Part shown: positions 12,005-22,764 of the stretch, piece by piece
Position numbering within the stretch: the first letter of the stretch is position 1
Layout: every line of letters begins with the position of its first letter
Assembly: GCF_011386835.1 (NCBI RefSeq)
Contig: NC_088799.1
Coordinates: 58,280,001 to 58,344,000 of the forward strand
DNA: 64,000 nucleotides
Reading direction: 5' to 3'
From: Chrysemys picta bellii
Lineage: Eukaryota
Notes under the pieces: generated by a model
Databases searched by the model: none
What the model was told of the DNA's origin: nothing
The model's input: only the letters and a program-made list of their open reading frames with translations
Program-made: the position numbers and the translations under genes

Positions 12005-12966
12005 CAGGTGAGGGCTCTGGGGTGGGGCTGAGGGGTTCACAGTGCAGGAGGGGGCTCAGGGCTGTGGCTCAAGTTTGGGGTGCTGGGGGTGCAGGCTCGG
12101 GTGGAGTGGGGCCAGGGATGAAGACCTTGGGGTGCAGACAGGCTGCTCCAGGGCTAGGGCCAAAGAGGAGTCCCTCTTCCCACCTGCAGCAGTAAGCTCC
12201 AGGGGAGGGGCCCTTTGTCCACCCCTCCCCCCAGCACACTCACTCTGCATCACTGTTACTGCACATGCTCCTAGGGCCCCTCTCAGGTCCAGGAAGCCCC
12301 CTTGCCTCCCCTATGGTGGGTACCGGGGCGGGAGGCTGCCATCATGTGTGGCCTCCCCTGCTGCTGCCCCTCACCCTAGCCTCACTGGGGGTGGGGGATG
12401 GGGCTGCCCCTTGCCCAGCATGTGGCAGGAGTGGTGGCTGCGGAGGGGGCAGGGTGTCACAAAATTCACCCAAGCCCTGCTGCTCAGGTCCAGGAAGTCC
12501 ATCCCCTGTGGTGGGTGGGTGCTATGGGGGAGAGGACTGCCATCACATGTGGCTTCCTTCTTTCCCTGCTGCAGCCTGCTGCCCCTCACCGTAGCTTCAC
12601 GGGATAGGGCTGCCCCTTGCCCAGGGCGGGGCAGGAGTGGTGGCTGCTGGGGGGATGGGGGTGGATCACAGGGTCAAACACTTATGGAAGCCCCAGCAGC
12701 TGCTCAGGTGAGTGAGGTCCACTCCAGCTGTCTCCCACCGGAAGCCCCCTTGGTGTCTCCTCCTGGTGGGTGCCGGGGGAGGGCTGCCAAGCATGTGTGT
12801 GCCTCCTCCCTCTCCTGAGGTGGAGCAGCAGTGCAGGCAGCCGAGGGAAAGCCATGCCCCGCTTCCAGTCAGGCATGGACGCTCCGGGGGATGTGGGGGC
12901 CCCACTCCAAACATTGGGGGTGCGGGGGCCCGGGCACCTCAGGCCCATACAACTCTCTGCCCCTGT
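12005..12966. repeat. GC-rich turtle-type non-autonomous element with ~200-bp imperfect internal repeats
   Basis: Recurrent CTCAGGTCCAGGAAG...GGTGGGT units near 12282, 12484 and 12703; ends in CCCCTG. Boundaries approximate. Confidence 0.45.
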
Positions 12967-13097
12967 TCCTTGGTTAGTGAGGCTGTTTCTGGAGTCTGAG
13001 TGGTGTGTGTGGAAGGATGGAGTATTTACAGAAAGCCAAAGTGTGGGTGTGGTATGTGGTTGAACTCACTTTCTGGCCTGTCCCTCTTTGATTGTAG

Positions 13098-13173
13098 GTG
13101 TACTGGCTTCATCTTTCAGAAGGTTGGAAAGCTGGCAGCAACAGCAGTGGGTGGTGGCTTTTTCCTACTTCAG
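13098..13173 (+). CDS. FUNDC2: FUNDC2 coding exon 3
   Basis: tag|G...CAG|gtgcgt; [25 protein letters not shown], identical to human as recalled. Confidence 0.97.
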
Positions 13174-13345
13174 GTGCGTATGGTTAGTCTAGGCTTTGTG
13201 AAAACTGCCCCTGGGGGTAGTTCTGAGATGCATAGAGAGGTAGGCTGGTCCAGTGGTTAGGGTGCTAGTCTGGGTATCAGGAGACCTACGTTCCATTTCC
13301 TGCTCTGCTAGAGATTTCCTGTGTGACTGTGGGCAAGTCACTTCA

Positions 13346-13548
13346 GATATGTCTGTTCTGTAGTCCAGGTCTGCAGCTCGGACAGACATACCTGCACTAG
13401 CATTGCTAAAAATAGCAGTGTAGATGTGGTGGCAAAGGCTTTGCCACTGCATCTACAGTGCTGTTTTTAGCTGTGCTTGTGGCTAGAGCTAATGTGGGTA
13501 TGTCTGCCCAACCTGCCATCACACCTGGGATTGCAGTATAGACTGTAC
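13346..13548. mobile_element. Palindromic Harbinger-like MITE inserted inside a CORE-SINE (~13250-13650)
   Basis: Hairpin centred on GTGGCAAAG-G-CTTTGCCAC with paired arms GCTAAAAATAGCA/TGCTGTTTTTAGC and CAGACATACC/GGTATGTCTG. The SINE core is split on either side. Confidence 0.65.
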
Positions 13549-14866
13549 TTTTCTGGGCCTCAGGTCGCTCTCTGTGAAATGGGGATAATAGCCCTGCCCT
13601 GCCTCTGAAGTGCTGCGAGGGTAAATACGTTGCAAATTGTGAGGTGTTCATATACTATGGTAGTGGAGTTGCATAAGTACCTTTATGCAAGCATGCTGCA
13701 TCACCTTGAGTGTGGCTTCTTCGCTTTTAATAGCTGCAACTGAGTCAGATTTGCATTGCTCTGAAGCTGCTGATTTTTTTTGAAGTTAAGGCCTGCTTTC
13801 AAATCCAAGATGGGGCCTCTTCTTCTCTGAACTGGCAGCACAGCAGAAACTGTGTCCTCTGAACTGAGCATTGGAGGGAAGCCATGTGCTCAGTAGCGAC
13901 TATTGGCCAAGGCAAGGGGCAGCACTGAACTTCACAGGGCACTGTCCATGTCTGCGCAGCCAGGCTGAGTTTGACTTTAATGTAAGGCCTCAGAGGGCAC
14001 CACCCTCCACAGAGTCTGGTTAGGGACAAGAAGCCCCCTGTTAATGTATTCTTTGGAGGCAGTGCAGCAATGGAAAATACTCATTTTCTCAACTATATTT
14101 TCCTTGGCTTTAAAAACCCTACCCTCCTGGAGCAGGGCAGTGTGTCCTGTACTGGCTTGCTGGGCCAGGAGGGCAGGAAACTGAAGTCTAGATTTCACTG
14201 TTCTATGTGAGACAGAATGCAACCACTAGACCCTACTCAGTGATCCCCTTCTTTGTTTGTTCCAGCACTTAAATCGTGTATAACTGCTTCCCCTCACCCC
14301 GCTAGATCTCCTTGTCCCGTTAAAGGTGGATGTCTCTTTAAAGCATTGTTCAGGCAGTGTTTCACTGTTGGCCCACCATGACAAGACAAAATACTTATAT
14401 GGAGACAACCTATTAATAAACCATGCCCTCCTATAGCAGCAGGAGATCTGGAATGTGACAGCTGCGTGTAGGCTTTGAATGATACCAATATAACAAGCTT
14501 GGGGGTGAGTAAATGCAGTTGGTGCCAGCTCTGTATTGCAAAGCAGAGAGGCTGACGTAGGTTAATGTTAGACAATATGTAAAAATCTCTGCATATGAAC
14601 TTCCATTGGAGGATCCTACAGAGAGAGGTAAGCAGAGGGGTCCTGTATAACTGAACTACTTCTCTATGCCTCTAGCCCGTTTATATTCCCTTTCCATTAA
14701 TTTAGTTAGTAGAATAGTTCTCTTACTAACCAAGATGAGATGGTACCTTTTAGAGTTGTTGAGTGAGTTATTTGGGTTAGCAATGGGGCAGGAGGGAAAG
14801 GAAGGTCTTGCTAGCTATGGGTTGTGCAGGATTCACTTCATGTTTCTTACCACCACTCAAATGTAG

Positions 14867-15001
14867 ATTGCGAACCACACGGGATACATCAAAGTGGACT
14901 GGAAGCTAGTAGAGCAGGACGTGAGCAAAGCCAAGGAGCAGCTGAAATATCACAGCAGTGGCAGCAAACTGTCCCCAGAAGTTAAAAGCAGAGTTGATGA
15001 G
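14867..15001 (+). CDS. FUNDC2: FUNDC2 coding exon 4
   Basis: tag|ATT...GAG|gtgaga; [27 protein letters not shown]...EVKSRVDE. Confidence 0.96.
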
Positions 15002-15665
15002 GTGAGAGCACTTCTCCTTCTCAGATTTTTGCCTGGATGTATCCAGATGCTGGAGACAAGGGTTGGGAACTACTTCCCAACTGAGGCTCTCTAAGGGTAA
15101 CCACACAGTAGCAAGACAGGGTAGTGGGCAAATCTGCTAGATGTCCTGTGAGATCATGAAGATGGCTTCCAGATGGTGTTTCACCATACAGTGCCCTGTG
15201 GAAAATCTCCTGGAATCCAAAGAAGGACCCCTCAGAGCAATTAGGACAGCTAAGCAGATAGCACAGCATAAGAGTGCATCAGTCACTCTAGACTCCCTCT
15301 ACACTCTGGATCAATGTGTGCAGGGGGCATTTGTCCCCTTGCCTCCTGTCTTCCAGATCCTTGACTGCTAATGGTGGTACAGCTATAAAGCCCCTAATGC
15401 ACATTCAGCAGCTGGTCAGAATGTCTGCAGCACATTGTACCATAGTGTGCAAGCAGTGAATGAAGTAGGGAGGGCCATGTCTTTGCCTCCCCTCCTGTGG
15501 AAGGGGAGCGGAATAGCACTAGTTCCCCTGCCATTAATTTTGGTCATTCGTTGAACTAGGTAGGGATAGCAGCGAGCTGGGTGCAGTGGGTGGGAGGGCT
15601 CAGTGCTCATCTGACCTGAGTGACTGGTTCTAGTGTGTTTTGACTGTCCTCTCCCTCTTGCCCAG

Positions 15666-15743
15666 GTGATAACATTTGTGAAGAAGAACGTTATCCTGAC
15701 TGGAGGGTTTGCTGGGGGATTCCTGCTTGGAATGTCTTCATAG
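15666..15743 (+). CDS. FUNDC2: FUNDC2 coding exon 5 (stop TAG). Protein is 188 aa from 2673 or 151 aa from 2784.
   Basis: ccag|GTG; [25 protein letters not shown]. Confidence 0.96.
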   Translation: MITFVKKNVILTGGFAGGFLLGMSS

Positions 15744-18700
15744 AAACTACACAGAACTGACAACTCTGTCCCTTCTCACCCCTTCCCACTTGATAAACAG
15801 TGGGTTGTGCTGACAGACTCTGCTTCCTCGGGTCCTCCTATTCCTCCTGGGTTCAAGCCCCCCACTTCCTGCAACACTGCCGCTAACTTTCCTCCCTTTC
15901 CTTTACCTGATTTCTGTTGGTGCTGGAATCAATCTAGAGAATTGTGACCCTCAGCGTCTGTTTGTCGATCTGACTCCCTATCCCACTCAAAATGCCTCAC
16001 TGCAGTTTTCAGGGTCAGTTGCAACCCCATGAACAGCCTGCAAGAGAGAGATCTGAGAAAAAGGCCCACTGCTGTGCTGCACAAGACTGACCGATATAAG
16101 CTCTCTTCTTCCAGTGCACACAAGGTTCGTCAAGTTCTGTGTGCTCCTAGTTATCTTGTATTCTCTCTTCTCCGGTAATAGGAAAGCCCATTCTTTCTCC
16201 AGGAAAATGGTATTTTCATGGCTATCCGTGGATGGAGGCAGAATTGTCAGAGGCGGTCTTAGAACATGCTCAGAAATGGACTGTTTGGGGAAACAACTAA
16301 TTCCGCAGTGGGTGGTGGTAGAGTGAGTACATGGCAGAAATACTATTGGAGATCTGTTCTTCTGCCTTCACTCCTCCCTAGACTCTTGCCATTATGTTTC
16401 ACACCGATGATCACTTATCTGTGGTATTTATATATCCCCTTAATGGAATTGCAGCATTGGCACTGCCAATAGAAATTGTGAGTGGTGCATGTCACTATCC
16501 CAGATCCTTTCTTGTCATAGGTTTTGAAAGTCATTGGGCATCCCACCATTGAGAAGATATTCTCCTCTCTCACTCTCTAGCTGGTGTCTCAGCGAATGAA
16601 CTTTAAAATGCACTGAGGCTGTATGTCTGGCAGAAAGTCTGCCTGAAATGTCTGTGCATATGACTGAAACCTGCACTACCAGCCCATCCAGTCCGGCATG
16701 CATTTCCATAGTGACAATAACTGTAATTTATCCCTGGCATCATATCAGCATTTCTTACACTAAAACCTTTTTCTCTGGCTAGTATGGAATTGCAGCTACC
16801 TGTAGGTATCTGGTGCACATGGGGCAGGCTTTCTGAAAAGTAGTGCCCTGGGCAGATGAAAGTGGGTGGGATTCTTCTCTGTATAATACAGCCTGGGATA
16901 TGATGTCCTGGAGCAGGATTCCAGTTTGAGTGCAGACAACAACTGTTCGGGATTCACACTCTGACTAGGATTGCTTTGAATCCAGAAGGCCATTTCTGTC
17001 CCTTTGCAGAGCAGATTCCATCCGCCCTCAGCGAAAGGCTGAATCTTCCAGGCAGTCCCCCATCCAGCTGCACCTTAAAATCCCTGGTGATTACCTTCCT
17101 GCCTGTCATATGTGCCTTTACTGAGCAGTAGGTGACATATGCTCTTATAGTCATGAGATCCTGTGTTTAAATAGCTACTGGGCATGTGAGGGGAGCCAGT
17201 CCCATACATTCCTTCTCCAAACAGAGACCGGCACTTCAGTGCCATAGACAAAGGAGCAGGTATCCCAGAACCGCTCCATCTGCCTGCCCCTCCCTGTAAA
17301 AAAATGATAGCATTCTTACCATCTTATCTCTTTGGAAGCTGGACAGTGGGTGATGGGAAATGCAAGAGCACTCTCTGTGCTGCTGTCAGTCTGGGTTAAC
17401 TCTCCCCCTTCCTCCACTCCATTGGCTTCTCCCATTCATGCAAAAACAAGCATGTGTGTCCAGTTCTTTCAGTTTGTTTAATTCCTGCACCTGTAGACCC
17501 ATCACTGGGCTATAACATGGAGATGGGTTCTGCTAGGCTTGGAAAGGTAGGTTAACTGTTACTCAGTCCTGAGCATCTCTAGCCTTCAAGAAAAATGTAA
17601 AAATAACAGAGATCCGTTCAGTATTGCCTAGTACTGGGCTTTGCTTATCTCCCTGCTCAGATGTAGTTTGAAAAGGAAGGAGGTCTAGCTGGTGATAAGC
17701 ACATTCTTGTTGAAGGTTGGTTCCGTTCCCCCTCTGAAATCATGTCCTAGAATTGTGTTGAACTCCAGGAGCTCGTTGTGTGCATGGCTGGACGCTGTTC
17801 AGAATATAGTGTCCATGGCACAAGGATGCACTTTATTATGCTGCAGTAATTCCATGTTTACAGTGTTTAGTGGCTTGACCTGACTGGAAGCAAGGGATGT
17901 ACCCAAAAGAATGCCAGGAGCCCTGAATACTGTCCTGTCCTGTTAGAGCTGTGGCAGCTTGGCAACTGCAGCTGTTTTCAAGAGAGCCCCTGACATTTCA
18001 TCTGTGCTAACTTTATTTTGCCTTGTCTGTCCCCTATCATATACAGAGTTTAGAAAGTCAGTCACATCACTTCAGCTTTTCTTTTCTTCCTGATCCTATA
18101 GTAGAATATGCCTTTAGATGGTCAGAATCTTTGCTGTCTTGCATTCTCTGGCTGTCTACAGCAGGGCAGGAGAAATTGGGCTTATAGCATGTCAAATGCT
18201 ACAAGAATTGTGCAGTGATGTAGGTGCACGATAACTTGGTTAGGGAGTGGGGCGGCTAGCTGCTGTGTAGGAAGAAATTCTGTACAGCAGAATGATCTTG
18301 ATGAATTTATAAAAACATCTTGCTGGAACTCTCCTGTTCAAATAGGAAAATAGTGTACCTACACCTCTGCCTGGTGTACTAGCTAACAAAGCTTTTTATT
18401 CAGACTTTACTCTTCCAGCCTCCCTCCAAAGACAATGCTGAGTGGAAATGACCCTCCCCCTTTTCCCTTGGGAGTGACAGTTTTGGGATAACAGTTATAA
18501 CTCGACCAAAACATTTGGCCTGGTACCTCTCTCTCTCATTAGCCTGATAATCTGCTGGAAATTTAGCGCTGAGTTCTGCTCATGTGGGTATAAAAACTGG
18601 CCACAGTCTCTTGACTTCAGTGTTCTCCTTTCCAGCTGCCGTTATGTTCCTCTTCATGCATGGAGAGACTGCTGTGCATGCAAAGGCACTGCTGGTGCTA

Positions 18701-19341
18701 TGTTGCTGTAGCCTTAGAAGCAAGCAACTTGCCACCAGACCTCAGGGCTGTTCCTACAACTTCCTGCTAACCGATGCCAGTTAATGAGCCCAGATTCTGG
18801 GTATAAGGCTCATTAGTCTAATGAGGAATATATTGGGAGCCCACTCTGAGGCATTTAGAAATAGCTATTGTTTGTCTAGACTATTATAAATTGGTGCCAT
18901 GGAGCTAAGCAACTGCAAGAAAGAGCTAAAACTTAACTTCTCAAAGCTGTTGCTGGAAGAGAGATCAAACAAACATTTTAAGTACAGCCACAGTAGTTTC
19001 TGATCTGAAGATGTGGAGGGAGAGAGGAAAAGCATGGGGCATCCATGTGTTATTACCATGGAAAGTGTAACACTGCCAAACTGGAGCTTCCTTGGTACTT
19101 CTCATGAAGTTCTGTAAGCAGCTAAGAGAGTTTGTCCTGGCAAACGTGATTTTTGTATATAGAATGGAAATCGCATACAATTTTTGATCATGTCATGGGT
19201 GCCAAGATGAAATCTTAATCCCCCTTCTGTTTTGTTTCAACAATCTCTAGCACCCATACCAGGAAGTTGTGGTTTAAAAATAAGTAGACTTTTAAGATAT
19301 TTTTGTACATTGTATGTAGATGCTTGTTGAAGTGATATCTT

Positions 19342-19347
19342 ATTAAA
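19342..19347 (+). terminator. Candidate FUNDC2 poly(A) signal (ATTAAA), implying a ~3.6-kb 3' UTR
   Basis: ATTAAA preceded by UGUA-containing U-rich sequence (TTTTTGTACATTGTATGTA) and followed by a U-rich tract. Confidence 0.4.
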
Positions 19348-20189
19348 CTGTTGCTCTAATCACTTATCTTTCGGGGGTCTGTTTTGGGAACAGGCATCAC
19401 TTTTGCCACTCCCTGCACTGCAAACACTCTGTTCATAGTAGCCTAGAGAAGAGAAGGCAGGAGCAGTATCCAGTACTGTAACTGAAGGAGCAGTTGCTGT
19501 AATTCTGGGGGAGACACAACTGGGACTAAAGCCAAGATCATCAGATATTTAGGGGCCTACCTCCTGTTGAAATCAATGAATTAAGCTCCTAAATACCTGT
19601 GGAACTGGGCCTCAATTTCCATGATGGGGGTTAACTGGGAGTTTTCCTCAGCTATTCACTCCATGTAACCATACTTCAGTCAGACCTTGCATAGGATACT
19701 AGCCTATTGTGCAGGTGCCAGTCACAAGGCAGATGTGTGGGAGAGCTGGGCCCTACCTGAGTGCTTTTAATTCACATTGGCTGCTAAGCTCTAATAAGCT
19801 GCCTTTTGTGTAGCCAAGCTGAGAGTCTTATGTGAGCATGTTGGGGGCAGTCATGTGAATTCATGCATTTCTCGGGGGCTGGGTAAATGTGGATCTCTTA
19901 AGGTAATCATTCCCTTAGATAACCCTGGCTTATCTATGTTAGTGTTGATCCTTTCCCCAGTGAGGCAGTTGGTGCAATCTCATTCAGCATGTGCCTGAGG
20001 GGTCTTGGATTTCCCTAGCTATTTTGCCCTCCAGGGTAAGAAATCAATGACACCTCTGCAAGCTCATGCTGTAAGCGCCTCCCTACTAAACAAATGTCAA
20101 ACTCCATCTAGTCAAGCAAACAGAAGGGAACACAAAAGTAACTCTTGTCCTAAGGCTTCTGTATTGGACACAATGAAAGGAAACTAAGC

Positions 20190-20573
20190 AGTCATGGGAT
20201 TAGAGAGAAGGTCCTCTGGCGGATCATTAACTGCTTGAATGATAGGAATTGAAGGGTAGGAATAAATGGTCAGTTTTTACAATGGAGAGGTGAACAGCAG
20301 GATTCTCCTACAATCTGGGCTGCTCAACACATTCAATGATCTAGAAAGGGGAGTGAACAGGAAGTGGCAGAGTTTGCAAATGATTACAAAATTACTTAGG
20401 ATAGCTAAGGCCAAAGCAGATGGCAAGGAGTTACAAAGGGATCTCACAAAACTGGCAGATGAATTTTTGTTAATACAAAGTAATGCACGGTGGGGAAAAA
20501 TAATCCCACCTATAGATACATGATGGGTTCTAAATTACTATTACTGTCTAAAAAAAGAGATCTAGGTGGCACC
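20190..20573 (+). mobile_element. CR1 LINE ORF2 fragment, 5' part (split by the Gypsy insertion)
   Basis: CR1 RT-like sequence (GGGATTAGAGAGAAGGTCCTC...GATCTAGAAAGGGGAGTGAACAG...GAGATCTAGGTG) that resumes at 27192. Confidence 0.8.
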
Positions 20574-21372
20574 TGTCATAACTAGAAAGGGAAGGGTAAC
20601 AATCCTCCTATATACAATACTACAAAATCCTTTTACCTGTAAAGGGTTAAGAAGCAGGTAACCTGGCTGACACCTGACCCAAAGGACCAATAAGGGGACA
20701 AGATACTTTCAAATCGGGGGGGGGGGGGGGGCGGGGGTGAGGGGGGAAGGCTTTTGTTTTTGTGCTCTTTGTTTTGGTGGTGGTCGCTCTTAGGACTAAG
20801 AGGGACCGGACATCAATCCATATTCTCCAAATCTTTCTGCACAAGTCTTTCATATTTCAAACTTGTAAGTAACAGCCAGGCAAGTCATATTAGTTTTATC
20901 TTTGTTTTCTCAACTTGTAAATGTTCCTTTTGCTAGAGGGTTTACCTCTGGCTGCTGTAACTTTGAACCTAAGGCTAGAGGGGTTTCCTCTGGGCTCTTT
21001 GAATCTGATTACCCTGTAAAGTTATTTTCCATCCTGATTTTACAGAGAATTTTTACCTTTTAATAAAATTCTTCTATTAAGAACCTAATTGATTTTTCAT
21101 TGTTTTAAGATCCAAGGGTTTGGATCTGTGTTCACCAGGACTAATTGGTGAGGGGATATTCTCAAGCCTACCCAGGAAAGGGGGGTTAGGGGCTTGGGAG
21201 ATATTTGGGGAAAGGCAGAGTTCCAAGTGGCTCTCCATAAATATTTGGTTAAAATGCTTGGTGGTGGCAGTGTATTTTTAACCTAAGCTGGTAAAAAATA
21301 AGCTTAGGGGGTCTTTCATGCGGGTCCCCACATCTGTACCCTAAAGTTCAGAGTGGGGAGGGAAGCTTGACT
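20574..21372 (+). repeat. 5' LTR
   Basis: Starts TGTCATA, ends ...TTGACT (terminal CA mutated); AATAAA at 21062-21067. Confidence 0.92.
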
Positions 21373-21392
21373 TGGTGGCAGATCGGTGGGAT
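21373..21392 (+). other. Primer-binding site complementary to tRNA-Leu (AAG/TAG) 3' end, with a 2-nt insertion
   Basis: TGGTGGCAG-AT-CGGTGGGAT versus the expected TGGTGGCAGCGGTGGGAT. Confidence 0.7.
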
Positions 21393-21672
21393 CATTATTG
21401 AACCAAAAGCACAGCAGGATTTTTAAAAGGATTCTTGTTAGTTTTTTTTCCCCTCTGCCTGAAGGCAGAGGGGTCAAGTTACAGTAACAAAGGAATTTAC
21501 AAGATGGATTTTTTTTTTTCTTTCTAACTCTCGGGTATAGCTAGCTTAGACCCAGAAAGGCCGAACACTGACTGGTGTGAAAATCTCTGTTAACTAAGTA
21601 GCCCCTGAGCTGAGTACATACCAGTTTGTGAACTGCAGAGGGGGTGTGGACCCAGCACAAGAAAGCAGGAAA

Positions 21673-22764
21673 ATGAGTACCAGTGATGCCGCTAATAAAC
21701 TAGAGCTGGCCAGACTGGAAGCACAAGAGAATGAAAAGAATCATAAGAGACTGCTCGAATTAAAACAACTCGAGAAAGAAGCTGCTGAAAGAGCAGAGAA
21801 AGCCAAAGAGGCTGCCCACAAGAGAGCTATGGAGGAGAAAGAAAAAGAGATGGAGGAGAGGGAAAGAGAGAGGAAGCATGAAATGGAGTTAGCGAGGGCA
21901 AGGGCTAAGCAGGATATACCAGACAACCCTAGCAACCCCTTTCCAGGTACCGCTTCCCATCCCAGAAAATTCCCCACCGACAAGGCAGGCGATGATACCG
22001 AGGCCGCCTTAGAAAATTTCGAAAGGGCCTGCCTTGGGTACAGCATCACTTCAGACCAGTACATGGTAGAGCTGAGGCTGCAGCTCAGTGGACCCTTAGC
22101 AGAGGTGGCGGCTGAAATGCCTAAGGAACACATGAACAGTTATGAACTTTTTAAAAACAAGGCCAGAATCAGAATGGGGCTAACACCCAAGCATGCCTGT
22201 CAGCAGTTCAGAGCTCTAAGGTGGAAACCAGACATGTCATTTACCCAACATGCCTACTACATTGTGAAAAATTGGGATGCCTGGATATCAAGAGCAAGTG
22301 TTAAATCTCCAGAAGAGTTGCCTTTCCTAATGCAAATGGAGCAGTTTTTAGACAGTGTTCCTGAGGAAATAGAAAGGTTCCTCCTAGCTGGGAAGCCCAA
22401 AACTCTAACCAAGGTGGGGGAGATTGGAGCCAAATGGGTGGAGGTGGCAGAAAAGAAAAAAACTAGTAGCAGTTGGAGCAAATATCAGAAGTGGTAACCC
22501 AAAACAAAACCCTATCACTGGGGGCAACCCAAGGCCCCACCTACATCCCAAGGAAAACCCCAGACACCTTATTGTCCCACCACACCAGTCTCCAGCAACC
22601 CACCTCGCTCCAGTGACCAGTAAGCTGGGCGATGTTTTAAATGTAATGAGCTGGGGCATGTGAAGGCCAATTGCCCCAAGAACCCCAACAGACTGCAGTT
22701 CATTACGCCAGAGTCACACCCAAGGTCCTCAGGCTCAGATGCCTCCCAGGTACCCTCAGAGTGA
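21673..22764 (+). pseudogene. gag: coiled-coil N-terminus, SCAN-like capsid region and CCHC knuckle, with in-frame stops
   Basis: MSTSDAANK...; DDTEAALENFERAC...QLSGPLAEV; CFKCNELGHVKANC at 22633-22674 in the same frame. Stops at 22495, 22621 and 22762. Confidence 0.85.

Noticed and set aside
12042-12818. 258-aa ORF
   Set aside because: Low-complexity G/P/A/C translation of a GC-rich internally repeated element; no domain recognisable.
7290-15743. Calling the gene FUNDC1
   Set aside because: [17 protein letters not shown] and HTGYIKVDW match FUNDC2, and the CMC4/MTCP1/BRCC3 neighbourhood is that of FUNDC2.
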